From: an uncultured Gammaproteobacteria bacterium
Lineage (GTDB): Bacteria; Patescibacteriota; Microgenomatia; CAZETR01; Amesbacteraceae
Direction of reading: 5' to 3'
Assembly (NCBI GenBank): GCA_964518565.1
Contig: CAZFGX010000001.1
Coordinates: 139,046-203,045 of the forward strand
Length of the DNA stretch: 64,000 nucleotides
This document shows, in pieces, positions 8,556 to 17,762 of the stretch (position 1 is the stretch's first letter; each line of letters begins with the position of its first letter). The notes below the pieces were generated by a model, which was given only the letters and a program-made list of their open reading frames with translations, did no database searches and was not told the origin of the DNA. Made by a program: the position numbers and the translations under genes.

Positions 8556-9206
8556 ATGTCCGAACATTCAGATATTAGAAATGTTTTTTCTGCTGCAGTT
8601 CTTGCTGGAACCATGTCTACCGAGTCGCTTCCTCCGCGGCCAATAGTACCAACCAGGTCACCGGAAAAGATTTCAGTCGTTTCACCCTTAGATACACGAT
8701 ATCTCAATCGACCGATTGAAGATGTAATTAATAGTATTGGTTTGCCAGAAGGTGTAGACAATCAAGGCGATCTTATTTGCGGCCCATTATCAGCCGATGT
8801 CTGGAATAATAGCGAATATCCAAATAAACCAAATCTTCAGCTCGAACCCAAAAAATTTTGGTTCTTATCCCCAGCTCAAATTGACGAATTATTGCCCCAA
8901 CAATATTTTGATAAGCAACAAATAAATTCAAACATGGCCAAAACAGACCTTTCAAAAATTGAATTTAAAAAAGGGTCATTTGTATATTTATCAGGTACTC
9001 GTACGCCTCGTGCTGGTATCGTTGGCCACGTCGTTGTTGTTGCGGACATATCGGCAACTGGTGAAGCCTTTGCTTATACCAATGAAGAAGATCCTCAGAC
9101 CAGAAAAGCCTCTATTAAAAAGGTCGAACTACGCCAGCAGATCCGTGACTGGGCCATAAAAAGAAAATTTGGCACCAGATTTATGCTTCTTTGGTCACCA
9201 AAATAG
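8556..9206 (+). CDS. Hypothetical protein
   Basis: 216-aa ORF, no recognisable domain; longer than overlapping antisense ORFs. Confidence 0.4.
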   Translation: MSEHSDIRNVFSAAVLAGTMSTESLPPRPIVPTRSPEKISVVSPLDTRYLNRPIEDVINSIGLPEGVDNQGDLICGPLSADVWNNSEYPNKPNLQLEPKKFWFLSPAQIDELLPQQYFDKQQINSNMAKTDLSKIEFKKGSFVYLSGTRTPRAGIVGHVVVVADISATGEAFAYTNEEDPQTRKASIKKVELRQQIRDWAIKRKFGTRFMLLWSPK

Positions 9207-9237
9207 CGCCTGGGCTAAGCGCTATTTATATTTCTAA

Positions 9238-9636
9238 TTATTTTGTAGGAATGGACACGCCTCCTATGGATATAGTATTTGCTGTAATACTTCCATCCGA
9301 ATTAGTTGTACCAAATACTGAAATTTTATCTCCAGATTTTATATCAGCTTTATTTCCTTCAGTAGTTTTATTAAATATTGTCTTTTCAGACAAAATAATA
9401 ATTTTGCTACTGTTATCCATTAGTTTTATAGTAATGGATTTATCATCAATGCTTGATACTTCACCAGCAGCAGGTCGAAAACTTTGTCCCATTGGCACGG
9501 CTTGTCTTGCCCCTCCTCTGCCTTGAATAAACATAGTATTTCTTTGTCGTTTTTGATATTGCATACCGCCAAAAAAACTTGCGACTCCTACCACTACAAT
9601 TGCTATTCCACAAAGAATAAGTTGTTTATATTTCAT
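9238..9636 (-). CDS. Small secreted/anchored protein, DUF5666-like, companion of the MacAB-type efflux genes
   Basis: N-terminal TM helix, G/Q-rich linker, then SIDDKSITIKLMDNSSKIIILSEKT...ISVFGTTNSDGSITANTI pattern seen in DUF5666 proteins. Confidence 0.5.
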   Translation of the reverse strand: MKYKQLILCGIAIVVVGVASFFGGMQYQKRQRNTMFIQGRGGARQAVPMGQSFRPAAGEVSSIDDKSITIKLMDNSSKIIILSEKTIFNKTTEGNKADIKSGDKISVFGTTNSDGSITANTISIGGVSIPTK

Positions 9637-9652
9637 AAATAATCACCTCCTT

Positions 9653-10867
9653 TTATTCGTAACGCAGTGCTTCAATTGGTTGAAGTGATGCGGCCTTTTG
9701 TGCCGGATACCAACCAAAAAGCACCCCAATAACACCTGATACACCAACTGCGAGTAAAATTGCTTGTCCTGAGAGAGTAAATGGAGTACTTATCACTTGG
9801 GACAATACAAAAGACACACCAGCTCCAAACAACATTCCGATAAAACCTCCCGTAAATGTCAGAATCACCGCTTCAGTTAAAAATTGTGTGATAATTGTTT
9901 TTTTCTTTGCACCCAACGCTTTGCGTAGACCAATCTCTCTAGTACGTTCTGTAACTGTGACCAACATAATATTCATAATCCCAATTCCTCCTACAAAAAG
10001 TGATATAGCAGCAATACCTGCCAATAGCGTAGTAAACGTACTTGTCGTACTCGAAGCAGTATTTAAAATATCTGCTTGAGAAAAAATCGAAAAATCAGCT
10101 TTTGCTGGATCAGTCAGTTTGTGTCGTGCCAACAATAAATAGCCTACTTCATCTTGAGCCTGAACCATGATGTCTGAGCTTTTGGCTTCTAATGAAATCG
10201 TATTCAAATATGTTTGTCCAAAGAGCTGTTTTTGGGCCACAGACAAGGGGATATATGCAACATCATCCTGATTTTGGAAACCGGTTCCACCTTTGGATGT
10301 GGTAATTCCAATCACCTGAAATGCCATGCCTTTAATACGAATTGTTTGACCAATAGGATCTGTTCCTTCGGTAAATAAGTCTGCCGCCGTTTGTGGGCCG
10401 AGTACTACTACTTTTTTCATTGAAGCCTCATCAGTATCAGAAATAAACACCCCACTACTTACAGATATTTTATGAACTTGAGCATAACTTGCCAGTACTC
10501 CATTTACGCGAACATTAGTATTATTTTTTGCATACTGTAGCTGCAACCTACCATCCACTTCTGGAGACACTGCTGCCACTGTTTGGATAGCAGTCTTAAT
10601 TGCCGTGGCATCATCATTAGTCAAAGTTGTGACAGCGCTCGCACTACGTACAGGACCGCTGGATTGAGCCCCTGGATTTATAGTCAACATATTTGCTCCC
10701 AAAGAATTAATTTGGTTCTCAATCGCTTTTTGGCTTCCTTGTCCCAAGGAAATCAGTGCAATCACACTGCCAATACCAATTACGATCCCTAAAACAGCTA
10801 AACTGGTTCGTAATTTATTGAGAGTAAGTGTAGATAATGCCTCTACGAATGTTTCAGAAAATTCCAT
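9653..10867 (-). CDS. ABC transporter permease, FtsX/MacB-like
   Basis: N-terminal TM, large periplasmic MacB-type domain, C-terminal FtsX domain with 3 TM helices. Confidence 0.85.
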   Translation of the reverse strand: MEFSETFVEALSTLTLNKLRTSLAVLGIVIGIGSVIALISLGQGSQKAIENQINSLGANMLTINPGAQSSGPVRSASAVTTLTNDDATAIKTAIQTVAAVSPEVDGRLQLQYAKNNTNVRVNGVLASYAQVHKISVSSGVFISDTDEASMKKVVVLGPQTAADLFTEGTDPIGQTIRIKGMAFQVIGITTSKGGTGFQNQDDVAYIPLSVAQKQLFGQTYLNTISLEAKSSDIMVQAQDEVGYLLLARHKLTDPAKADFSIFSQADILNTASSTTSTFTTLLAGIAAISLFVGGIGIMNIMLVTVTERTREIGLRKALGAKKKTIITQFLTEAVILTFTGGFIGMLFGAGVSFVLSQVISTPFTLSGQAILLAVGVSGVIGVLFGWYPAQKAASLQPIEALRYE

Positions 10868-10868
10868 A

Positions 10869-11579
10869 TTAATGATTCCTGTTCTTTTTATCTCCTACAA
10901 TTTTTCCATCTTTAATCAGGATTGTTCGTTGAGCATGAGCAGCAATATCTGGTTCATGAGTAATCATGACGATCGTATGGCCTTCATTGTTTAGTTTCTT
11001 GAATATGGCCATAATCTCTTCGGCCTGCGATGAGGCAATATTTCCCGTCGGTTCATCAGCGAGCAAAATTGCCGGGTTCATAGCTATTCCCCGAGCAATA
11101 GCGACTCGCTGCTGTTGACCACCAGAAAGCTGATTTGATGTATGGAGCAAGCGATCGCCGAGACCGACCATTTCTAGATATTTTTTTGCTATCTCCAAAC
11201 GTTTTTCTTTTTCAATTCCAGCATATCTCATAGGCAACATGACATTTTTTAGTGCTGAAGTTCGAGGCAAAAGATTAAAAGCTTGAAAAATAAAACCAAT
11301 TTTCTGATTACGAATCATTGCCAGTTCATCTTCATTCAAATGCGATACTGATTCTCCTTCGAGAATGTACTCTCCTTTTGTGGGCGTATCGAGCGCTCCT
11401 AAAATATGCATTAGAGTGGATTTACCAGATCCAGATGGACCCATAATAGCCACAAATTCTCCTTTGCTGACTGAAAAGTTAATATCAGATAACGCAACTG
11501 TCTCGCTCCCACCAGAGTTATAAATTTTATACAAATGCTCCACCTGAATCATGTAATTATCGTGCAATTCGCACGGCAC
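10869..11579 (-). CDS. ABC transporter ATP-binding protein (MacB/LolD-type)
   Basis: Walker A GPSGSGKST, Q-loop, signature LSGGQQQRVAIARG, Walker B ILLADEPT. Confidence 0.9.
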   Translation of the reverse strand: MPCELHDNYMIQVEHLYKIYNSGGSETVALSDINFSVSKGEFVAIMGPSGSGKSTLMHILGALDTPTKGEYILEGESVSHLNEDELAMIRNQKIGFIFQAFNLLPRTSALKNVMLPMRYAGIEKEKRLEIAKKYLEMVGLGDRLLHTSNQLSGGQQQRVAIARGIAMNPAILLADEPTGNIASSQAEEIMAIFKKLNNEGHTIVMITHEPDIAAHAQRTILIKDGKIVGDKKNRNH

Positions 11580-12774
11580 CTCCGCCGCTAAATGTCCGAC
11601 TAAATACTGAAGTCGTACTGGTTGATGATGTTCCTGAAGTTGATGAGGTAGAGGTTGATGTGACCACTACATCACCTTCAGAAACTCCAGAAATAATTTC
11701 TGTTTGAGTATCAGACGACTGACCAACTTCTACAGTTGTTGTTTGTGGTTGATTATTCTTCATAATTTGAACTGTAGTTTGACCATTGCTGGTTTTAACA
11801 GCCGAAGAGGGGGCTAGTAATACTCCATCTTTTGTATCAGTAATAATATGTGCCGTTGTGCTCATGTTTGCCAAAATTGCCGGATTTGCTTCCTCTAGGG
11901 TAATCACCACTGGATAACTCGTCACATTCGACGAAGTAGTTCCAGACAAATCTACACTTAAGACATGTCCAATAAACGTTTTGTCCCCCAAGGCATCAAA
12001 TGTCAGTGTAACCTTGTCTCCTACATCTACCTTCGATACGTCGATATCAGTTAGGTTAACTGAAACTGTCGGAAGAGTGTCTGTCATGATAGTAGCAATT
12101 TTTTGTGAACTTTCGGACGTGCCATTAATTACCATACCTTTTTGCAAAGATAGTCCAGAAATTTTTCCGGAAATTGGTGCATAAATAATCGGCGAACTAT
12201 GCATATAGTTCAACCAAGAGCTAGTAAGTCCTGCATGAGCTTGAGCGATGACATTTTGTTGATTTTTATAACTTGATTCAGCAGCTAGCCATGTGGCATA
12301 TTCCTGAATGTATGTAGGGTCAGTAGTCTCTAAATCGCGAGCTGCCGCGTCATTGATAAATTTTTGATTAGCAGAAAATAATGTTGCTTGCAGGGTATAA
12401 AGATTGGTTTTTGCAGACTCTAAAGAGTTTTTTGCCGATTGATATGACGCCAAAGCAGATAAAAAAGTTTGACGAGAACTGAGATCTAGATCTAACTCAG
12501 CCAATTTATCACCAGTATGAACAACATCTCCATTTTTTACATACACTTTTGACACTACTCCAGATACGGAAGTGGTGACCGAACTAGAGTTTGTATTAGC
12601 CGTTTGGCCTGAGGCGCTCACGCTAACCACCAGAGTGCCTTTTTCAGCTGTTGCTGTTTGATATGTAGTCTCTGAGCTGCTACTGCTAAGTCTTGTTTTG
12701 ACCCACCAGCCAACACCTACCAGTAAAACCAGCGCTAAAATTTTGACTAACAAGGGAATCCGTTTCATATCCAA
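11557..12774 (-). CDS. HlyD-family membrane fusion / periplasmic adaptor protein with Ser/Thr-rich C-terminal tail
   Basis: N-terminal TM anchor, coiled-coil, biotin-lipoyl-like and beta-barrel segments; overlaps the ATPase gene start (operon). Confidence 0.75.
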   Translation of the reverse strand: MDMKRIPLLVKILALVLLVGVGWWVKTRLSSSSSETTYQTATAEKGTLVVSVSASGQTANTNSSSVTTSVSGVVSKVYVKNGDVVHTGDKLAELDLDLSSRQTFLSALASYQSAKNSLESAKTNLYTLQATLFSANQKFINDAAARDLETTDPTYIQEYATWLAAESSYKNQQNVIAQAHAGLTSSWLNYMHSSPIIYAPISGKISGLSLQKGMVINGTSESSQKIATIMTDTLPTVSVNLTDIDVSKVDVGDKVTLTFDALGDKTFIGHVLSVDLSGTTSSNVTSYPVVITLEEANPAILANMSTTAHIITDTKDGVLLAPSSAVKTSNGQTTVQIMKNNQPQTTTVEVGQSSDTQTEIISGVSEGDVVVTSTSTSSTSGTSSTSTTSVFSRTFSGGGAVRIAR

Positions 12775-12833
12775 ATCATAAAAGGCCTACCTTAATAGAA
12801 GCTGAACAGCCACGTTATGAGATAATACATCCG

Positions 12834-13361
12834 ATGGCTCGGGGAATACTACTTGTACTTGCGCTATTTACTACATACACCACTGTGGCAGTTGGTCAAA
12901 AAGTGCTTTCAGCACCCATGTCTAATCCCAGTCGCACAGTTGGAGTTTTGCCCACACCCACCACTCTTCCGACACAGACACCTACTTCCACCCCAAGCCC
13001 GACTTTTTTGCCTCCTACCACAACCCCTACCCCCACAATAGTAGTTCTGCCCACTCCGAAACTCAGTTCGAGTCAGATATATGAGTTGACAAATACATAT
13101 GGACACTATTACCATGTTGATCCAAATATCATTCGCCACATTGCAATTTGTGAATCAGGGTTCAGTTCAGTTGCTCAAAATGGCCAATACGCTGGCATGT
13201 TTCAGTTTTCAGTTCCCACCTGGGAGAGTTATCGACAAAAGATGAATCAAGACCCAAATCCAAATTTGCGCTTCGATCCAGAGGCGGCGATTGAGACAAC
13301 GGCATACATTCTTTCTCAAGATCCAAGTGCGGTGAATAATTGGCCAAATTGTCGTCCTTAA
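12834..13361 (+). CDS. Secreted Rpf-like transglycosylase-domain protein with Pro/Thr-rich linker
   Basis: Signal peptide; PT-rich linker; IAICESGFS...GQYAGMFQFSVPTWESY matches the Rpf/transglycosylase-like domain (CES.G...G.YxGxxQF...TW). Confidence 0.6.
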   Translation: MARGILLVLALFTTYTTVAVGQKVLSAPMSNPSRTVGVLPTPTTLPTQTPTSTPSPTFLPPTTTPTPTIVVLPTPKLSSSQIYELTNTYGHYYHVDPNIIRHIAICESGFSSVAQNGQYAGMFQFSVPTWESYRQKMNQDPNPNLRFDPEAAIETTAYILSQDPSAVNNWPNCRP

Positions 13362-14108
13362 TCAACGAGACCTAGATCGAAACAATTTAAAAAATACCAT
13401 TGCTTTTTGACTAACCAACACTGATCCAAACCAGACCATACCCGCAGCGTAACCAGCTAATATGTCCGTTGGGTAGTGCACACCTAAATAAACTCGGCTA
13501 AATCCTATCAGTCCAATAAGTATTCCTGAACAAATGAACGCAAAAATGGTTTTTTCTCTACTTTTCGTAAAATGGAATACTAAATATGAACATGTGGTAT
13601 AAAACACAAATGAATTCATTGCATGTCCTGATGGAAAACTGGAATCAGTTTCTATAATTAAAGCGTTTGTTGTAGGTCGAGGACGCATAGTTCCTGCTTT
13701 GAGCAGAATATTCAAAAAAATTCCCATTGCCAATAAAAACAAAAAAAGACTCGCTTCAGGCCTATGACCTTTTAAAAATAAATAAGCACTCATTGCCATT
13801 GTCAAAAAAATGATATAAACCCCTCCAAAATTCGTGATAATCATCATTACATTAGTCATTAGTGGTGTTCGTATCAGATATATGCTCTCACTAATTGAAG
13901 TATCAAAAGTTAATGCTTCACGTTCCAAAACTTCACTTCTCACTTTTACAAATAAAGTCACCGAGCCAAGTGTTAAAACAATTCCCATTATCAATAAAAC
14001 AAACAATACCAATGCTGGTCGGGATTCTTTTAAAAAAGAAATCATCCACTGTAGTATATAGTGAAAAGATGTCCCAATACACAGTATATATACTTCGCAC
14101 ATCTGCAA
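13362..14108 (-). CDS. PAP2-family phosphatase (BcrC/undecaprenyl-diphosphatase-like); likely true start at internal Met (~14045)
   Basis: PAP2 motifs RPRPT, SFPSGHA, SRVYLGVHYPTDILAG; multiple TM helices. Confidence 0.8.
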   Translation of the reverse strand: MQMCEVYILCIGTSFHYILQWMISFLKESRPALVLFVLLIMGIVLTLGSVTLFVKVRSEVLEREALTFDTSISESIYLIRTPLMTNVMMIITNFGGVYIIFLTMAMSAYLFLKGHRPEASLFLFLLAMGIFLNILLKAGTMRPRPTTNALIIETDSSFPSGHAMNSFVFYTTCSYLVFHFTKSREKTIFAFICSGILIGLIGFSRVYLGVHYPTDILAGYAAGMVWFGSVLVSQKAMVFFKLFRSRSR

Positions 14109-14332
14109 ACACGCTCTATACAGGTCAGACCATAGATATCAAAGCTAGATTGTGTCAACATTTCCAAAAAAAAGGCGCCAAATATCTACGCAGATTTTCT
14201 AGTTTTACTCTCGTCTATACTGAAAAATGTCCGACAAAAAGTTCCGCTCTAAAGCGTGAAGCTGAAATAAAAAAATTATCTAAATCCCAAAAAGAAGCTC
14301 TAGTAAACAAAACTGAAACAGCCCCATATTAG
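14069..14332 (+). CDS. GIY-YIG nuclease family protein (YhbQ-like)
   Basis: MSQYTVYILRTSANTLYTGQTIDIKARLCQHFQKKGAKYLRRFSSFTLVYTEKCPTKSSALKREAEIKKLSKSQK = GIY-YIG motif; upstream part of ORF 13895 judged non-coding extension. Confidence 0.7.
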   Translation: MSQYTVYILRTSANTLYTGQTIDIKARLCQHFQKKGAKYLRRFSSFTLVYTEKCPTKSSALKREAEIKKLSKSQKEALVNKTETAPY

Positions 14333-14514
14333 ATAAGGGGCTGTTTACTAGACATGATGAGTAGGGCTAATATATTTCTTGTCTTGTTCGTATATACTTA
14401 GTCCTCACGCTCCAATATATATACAACGAGACGTTCATCGATATTTGCTCACCTCCTTCATAAAAATAGATTACAATACGAAACTGAAAATAGCCTGAAA
14501 AAATTATATAGGGT

Positions 14515-15312
14515 ATGACAAAAAAACAATTTCAGAACAAAATTTTTTCTTGGTGGCAAGAAAATAAGCGGGATTTACCTTGGCGTCATACAGCAGATCC
14601 ATATGCAATTTTGGTCTCTGAAATGATGTTACAGCAAACCCAAGTCTCTAGAGTTATAGACAAGTACAACAAATTCCTGTTTCGCTTCCCGAATGTATTT
14701 ATATTGGCCAATTCAAGTGTTTCAGAAGTCATTCGCTATTGGCAAGGACTAGGTTACAACCGTCGGGCTCTATACCTACATAAAATTGCTCAGACAATTG
14801 TCGGTGAGTACGGTGGCAAATTTCCGTCTTCTGAAAAGCAACTCTGCCAACTTCCTGGCGTGGGTTTGTACACGGCTCGAGCAATTCAAGTATTTGCCTT
14901 TCATCTAAATGTAGCAGCTGTAGATACAAATATTCGCCAAATAATACAGCACCACTTTTTTGATCAAATTCCTCAACCTCCTCAAGTTATACAACAATTT
15001 GCAGAAAAATTACTTCCAATAGGGCAGTCGTGGTCTTGGCATCAGGCTTTAATGGATTATGGGTCAGCTCACAATCTTCGCAGAGTAAAAACTACTCCAA
15101 TAAAAAATTCGGTTCCATTTATTTACACGGCTCGGTTCTTACGCGGGAGGATTATCGATCTACTACGAGAAGATTCGTTATCACAAGATGAGCTAATAGA
15201 AAAACTCAAAGTGAATTATCAAAAGTCTACCGCAGAAATTATTCAGAGCTTACGTTCTTTAGAAAAAGACCAGCTGATTATTTTTCGAAATAATATAGTT
15301 TCGTTGCCTTAA
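14515..15312 (+). CDS. HhH-GPD DNA glycosylase, MutY-like catalytic domain only (no Fe-S cysteines, no C-terminal NUDIX-like domain)
   Basis: WRHTADPYAILVSEMMLQQTQV MutY N-terminal signature, HhH LPGVGLYTARAI, VDTNIRQI; no Cys-x6-Cys-x2-Cys-x5-Cys cluster loop. Confidence 0.7.
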   Translation: MTKKQFQNKIFSWWQENKRDLPWRHTADPYAILVSEMMLQQTQVSRVIDKYNKFLFRFPNVFILANSSVSEVIRYWQGLGYNRRALYLHKIAQTIVGEYGGKFPSSEKQLCQLPGVGLYTARAIQVFAFHLNVAAVDTNIRQIIQHHFFDQIPQPPQVIQQFAEKLLPIGQSWSWHQALMDYGSAHNLRRVKTTPIKNSVPFIYTARFLRGRIIDLLREDSLSQDELIEKLKVNYQKSTAEIIQSLRSLEKDQLIIFRNNIVSLP

Positions 15313-16100
15313 AATAATACTGAGATCAATCCAAACAAGGCGAGAGATGTCAAAACAATTGCTCCTCCAGCCGGAATATTCAAATAAAAGCTGACAAACA
15401 AACCTAAAACCACAGCAACCAGTGCAAAAAATACGCCCCAAAGTAAACTTTGAGTAAAACTTCGAGCCACACGAACTGCCGTCATTGTTGGGATCACAAG
15501 CAATGCTCCAATAAGCAATACCCCCACAATGCGCATCGCCACGGTCACAGTAATAGCAGTAATCAAAATTAATAAATAATTTAAAGTTTTTACAGGCAAG
15601 CCTGCTATTTTTGCCGCATCTTCATCGAAACTAACTAATAGTAAATGCCGCCGCAATCTCCACAAAATCACACTAATTGAAATACCTAAACAAACAACCA
15701 CCCACAAATCAGAAGTTTGAACCGTAGTAATGCTTCCAAACAAATAGCTGACCAAATTAACCCCACCTCCACCACTCAGTGCGACTAAAACAATAGACAA
15801 TGCCAGGCCTCCGGGTAAAAACATGGCCAATACTGTCTCGCCGGGAATTTTTCCTTGTGATCGTAAATGCTCAATAAATATTCCTGCAATTGCCGTGACG
15901 CCAAAAGTGCTGACAAAAAACGGCAAGCCGAACAGTCCAGAAAAAGCAATTCCTGATAGGGCTACATGCGATAAAGTATCAGCAATCAATGAAAACCTAC
16001 GCATGACCAAAAAAGACCCAATCAATGGTGCAATAATCGCAATAACAACACCAGCCAAAAAAGCCCGCTGCATGAAGGTATATTGAAAAATTTCTAACAT
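15309..16100 (-). CDS. Metal (Zn/Mn) ABC transporter permease, ZnuB/MntB family
   Basis: Polytopic membrane protein with ABC-3 family pattern (…FLVMRRFSLIADTLSHVALSGIA…). Confidence 0.85.
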   Translation of the reverse strand: MLEIFQYTFMQRAFLAGVVIAIIAPLIGSFLVMRRFSLIADTLSHVALSGIAFSGLFGLPFFVSTFGVTAIAGIFIEHLRSQGKIPGETVLAMFLPGGLALSIVLVALSGGGGVNLVSYLFGSITTVQTSDLWVVVCLGISISVILWRLRRHLLLVSFDEDAAKIAGLPVKTLNYLLILITAITVTVAMRIVGVLLIGALLVIPTMTAVRVARSFTQSLLWGVFFALVAVVLGLFVSFYLNIPAGGAIVLTSLALFGLISVLF

Positions 16101-16103
16101 AGG

Positions 16104-16826
16104 TTAATGGCCATGAACCACCATACGTAAATGTGATCCATAAAGTGAATGAATAAAATCTCCTTCCATGACTTCTTTGGGCTTGCCGTGACACATAAGT
16201 CGCTTGTTCACACAAATAACTGTTTTTACTTCATGGGCAACCACGTCAATATCATGAGAAACCAGTATTAGTGTCACTCCGGATTGAGTATTCAATTTTT
16301 TTAACAAGCCATAAAACAATTCTTGTGATTCACCGTCCACTCCGACAGTCGGTTCATCTAAAACCAACAAATCTGGGTGTGTAGCCATAGCTCGAGCGAT
16401 AAATACTCGTTGCTGCTGTCCACCAGACAGTTCCATAATTGGTCTGTTGGCCAAATCTAGCAAATCTACGGATTTAAGCGACTCTTTTGCTGTCGAAACA
16501 GTGACTCTTGGGTTCATCATGACAACTTCCAAAGCAGTAATAGGAAAATGCAAGGTTTGTGCCAATGGACGCTGTGCCACATACCCTATTCGTCTCCAGT
16601 TAGTAAATGATTGTATTGGTGTATCAAATAGCTCAATTTTTCCCGATTGGAGAGGTAAAATTCCTAAAAGCAATTTCAGTAAAGTAGTTTTCCCACTTCC
16701 GTTTGGTCCAATAACTCCTACATAGTCGCCTTGAGCAATATCCAGGCTAATATGTTCCAAAACTTCCATGTTCCTGTAAGTAAAATTTACATCATCGAAA
16801 TGAACAATAGATGAACTCATGGGCAC
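16104..16826 (-). CDS. Metal ABC transporter ATP-binding protein, ZnuC family
   Basis: Walker A GPNGSGKTT, signature LSGGQQQRVFIARA, Walker B LVLDEPT. Confidence 0.85.
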   Translation of the reverse strand: MPMSSSIVHFDDVNFTYRNMEVLEHISLDIAQGDYVGVIGPNGSGKTTLLKLLLGILPLQSGKIELFDTPIQSFTNWRRIGYVAQRPLAQTLHFPITALEVVMMNPRVTVSTAKESLKSVDLLDLANRPIMELSGGQQQRVFIARAMATHPDLLVLDEPTVGVDGESQELFYGLLKKLNTQSGVTLILVSHDIDVVAHEVKTVICVNKRLMCHGKPKEVMEGDFIHSLYGSHLRMVVHGH

Positions 16827-17692
16827 GCCAACCCCTTCCTTAACTGTTCCAAGTTTCTATGCTGAATTGTGAAATAGTCATCATGTTGTCTTTCTTGTTC
16901 TGTGGTCAAGCCTTCGAGTGGGTTTAATTCTAAGACATCCACTCCTGTTTCTTTTGCTATTGTTTCTGCTAATTTAGAACTAGTGAGCGATTCAAAAAAT
17001 ACAGTCTTAACATTTTGTTGTTTCACTGTTGTTATAACGTTTGACAGATCTTTAGCTGACGGCTCCTGCTCTGGGTCGAGTCCTGCAATTGGTACTTGTA
17101 CCAAACCATACCGTGAAGCAAGATATGCCCAAGCCGAATGGGATGTAACCAATGTGCGTAGTTTGCATGTCTTAAGGGAATTGCGAAAATCAGTATCAAG
17201 TGCATCCAATTTTTTTACCAGAATCTCAGTTCGTTCTTTATATTCTTTAGCATGTACTGGATCAATTTTTTGTAGGCGTAGTGAGATAGCTTGGCTCATT
17301 TGAATAGCCAATAATGGATCTAGCCAAATATGTGGATCATTAGATGTTTGAATGTCTTTCCCTACTTTCAAAAGACTATCTTGCGGCACACTATCAATCC
17401 AATGTTCTACACCACCAACCACAACAGTCAAAATAGCTGTTTCAATATCTGAAACATTTTTAGGTGTCAGTTCATAGTCATGAGGTTCTACTCCTGCTGG
17501 GGTCAAATTGACGACATCCATTCTGTTTCCGACAATTTCTCGGGTGAGAAAAAAGACCGGATAAAATGAAGTAACAATATGTTGACTCTGTTGGGATTCC
17601 AGATTATTGCTTCTGACTAAGATTATTATGCCTAGAGTAACGAGCAACAATATTGCAACTGCTATTCCGACGATCAAAAAACGTTTTCTCAT
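16817..17692 (-). CDS. Metal ABC transporter substrate-binding protein, ZnuA/TroA family
   Basis: N-terminal anchor, TroA-like fold pattern (HDYELTP…DPHIWLDP…); first gene of a three-gene minus-strand operon. Confidence 0.8.
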   Translation of the reverse strand: MRKRFLIVGIAVAILLLVTLGIIILVRSNNLESQQSQHIVTSFYPVFFLTREIVGNRMDVVNLTPAGVEPHDYELTPKNVSDIETAILTVVVGGVEHWIDSVPQDSLLKVGKDIQTSNDPHIWLDPLLAIQMSQAISLRLQKIDPVHAKEYKERTEILVKKLDALDTDFRNSLKTCKLRTLVTSHSAWAYLASRYGLVQVPIAGLDPEQEPSAKDLSNVITTVKQQNVKTVFFESLTSSKLAETIAKETGVDVLELNPLEGLTTEQERQHDDYFTIQHRNLEQLRKGLACP

Positions 17693-17762
17693 AAATCTAT
17701 CCTATATAAAATGCAACTCGTTTGCAAGAGGAATAAAATTAAACTACTTATATAATAGGTAA

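Noticed and set aside
8549-8955. Minus-strand ORFs 8549..8761 and 8773..8955
   Set aside because: Antisense to the longer plus-strand ORF 8556..9206. Neither option has homology support, and the longer was kept.
12950-13060. Repetitive Pro/Thr-rich nucleotide stretches (also 20380..20480, 45000..45100, 58100..58260)
   Set aside because: Low-complexity linker regions of secreted proteins. They are not CRISPR or tandem-repeat elements and have no spacer structure.
13895-14068. N-terminal 58-codon extension of the GIY-YIG ORF (start 13895)
   Set aside because: The extension is antisense to the PAP2 gene, and the conserved GIY-YIG domain begins at the Met at 14069.
14440-14455. CACCTCCTT, matching the 3' end of 16S rRNA
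   Set aside because: Only a 9-nt match with no surrounding rRNA structure. Read instead as a Shine-Dalgarno sequence on the opposite strand.
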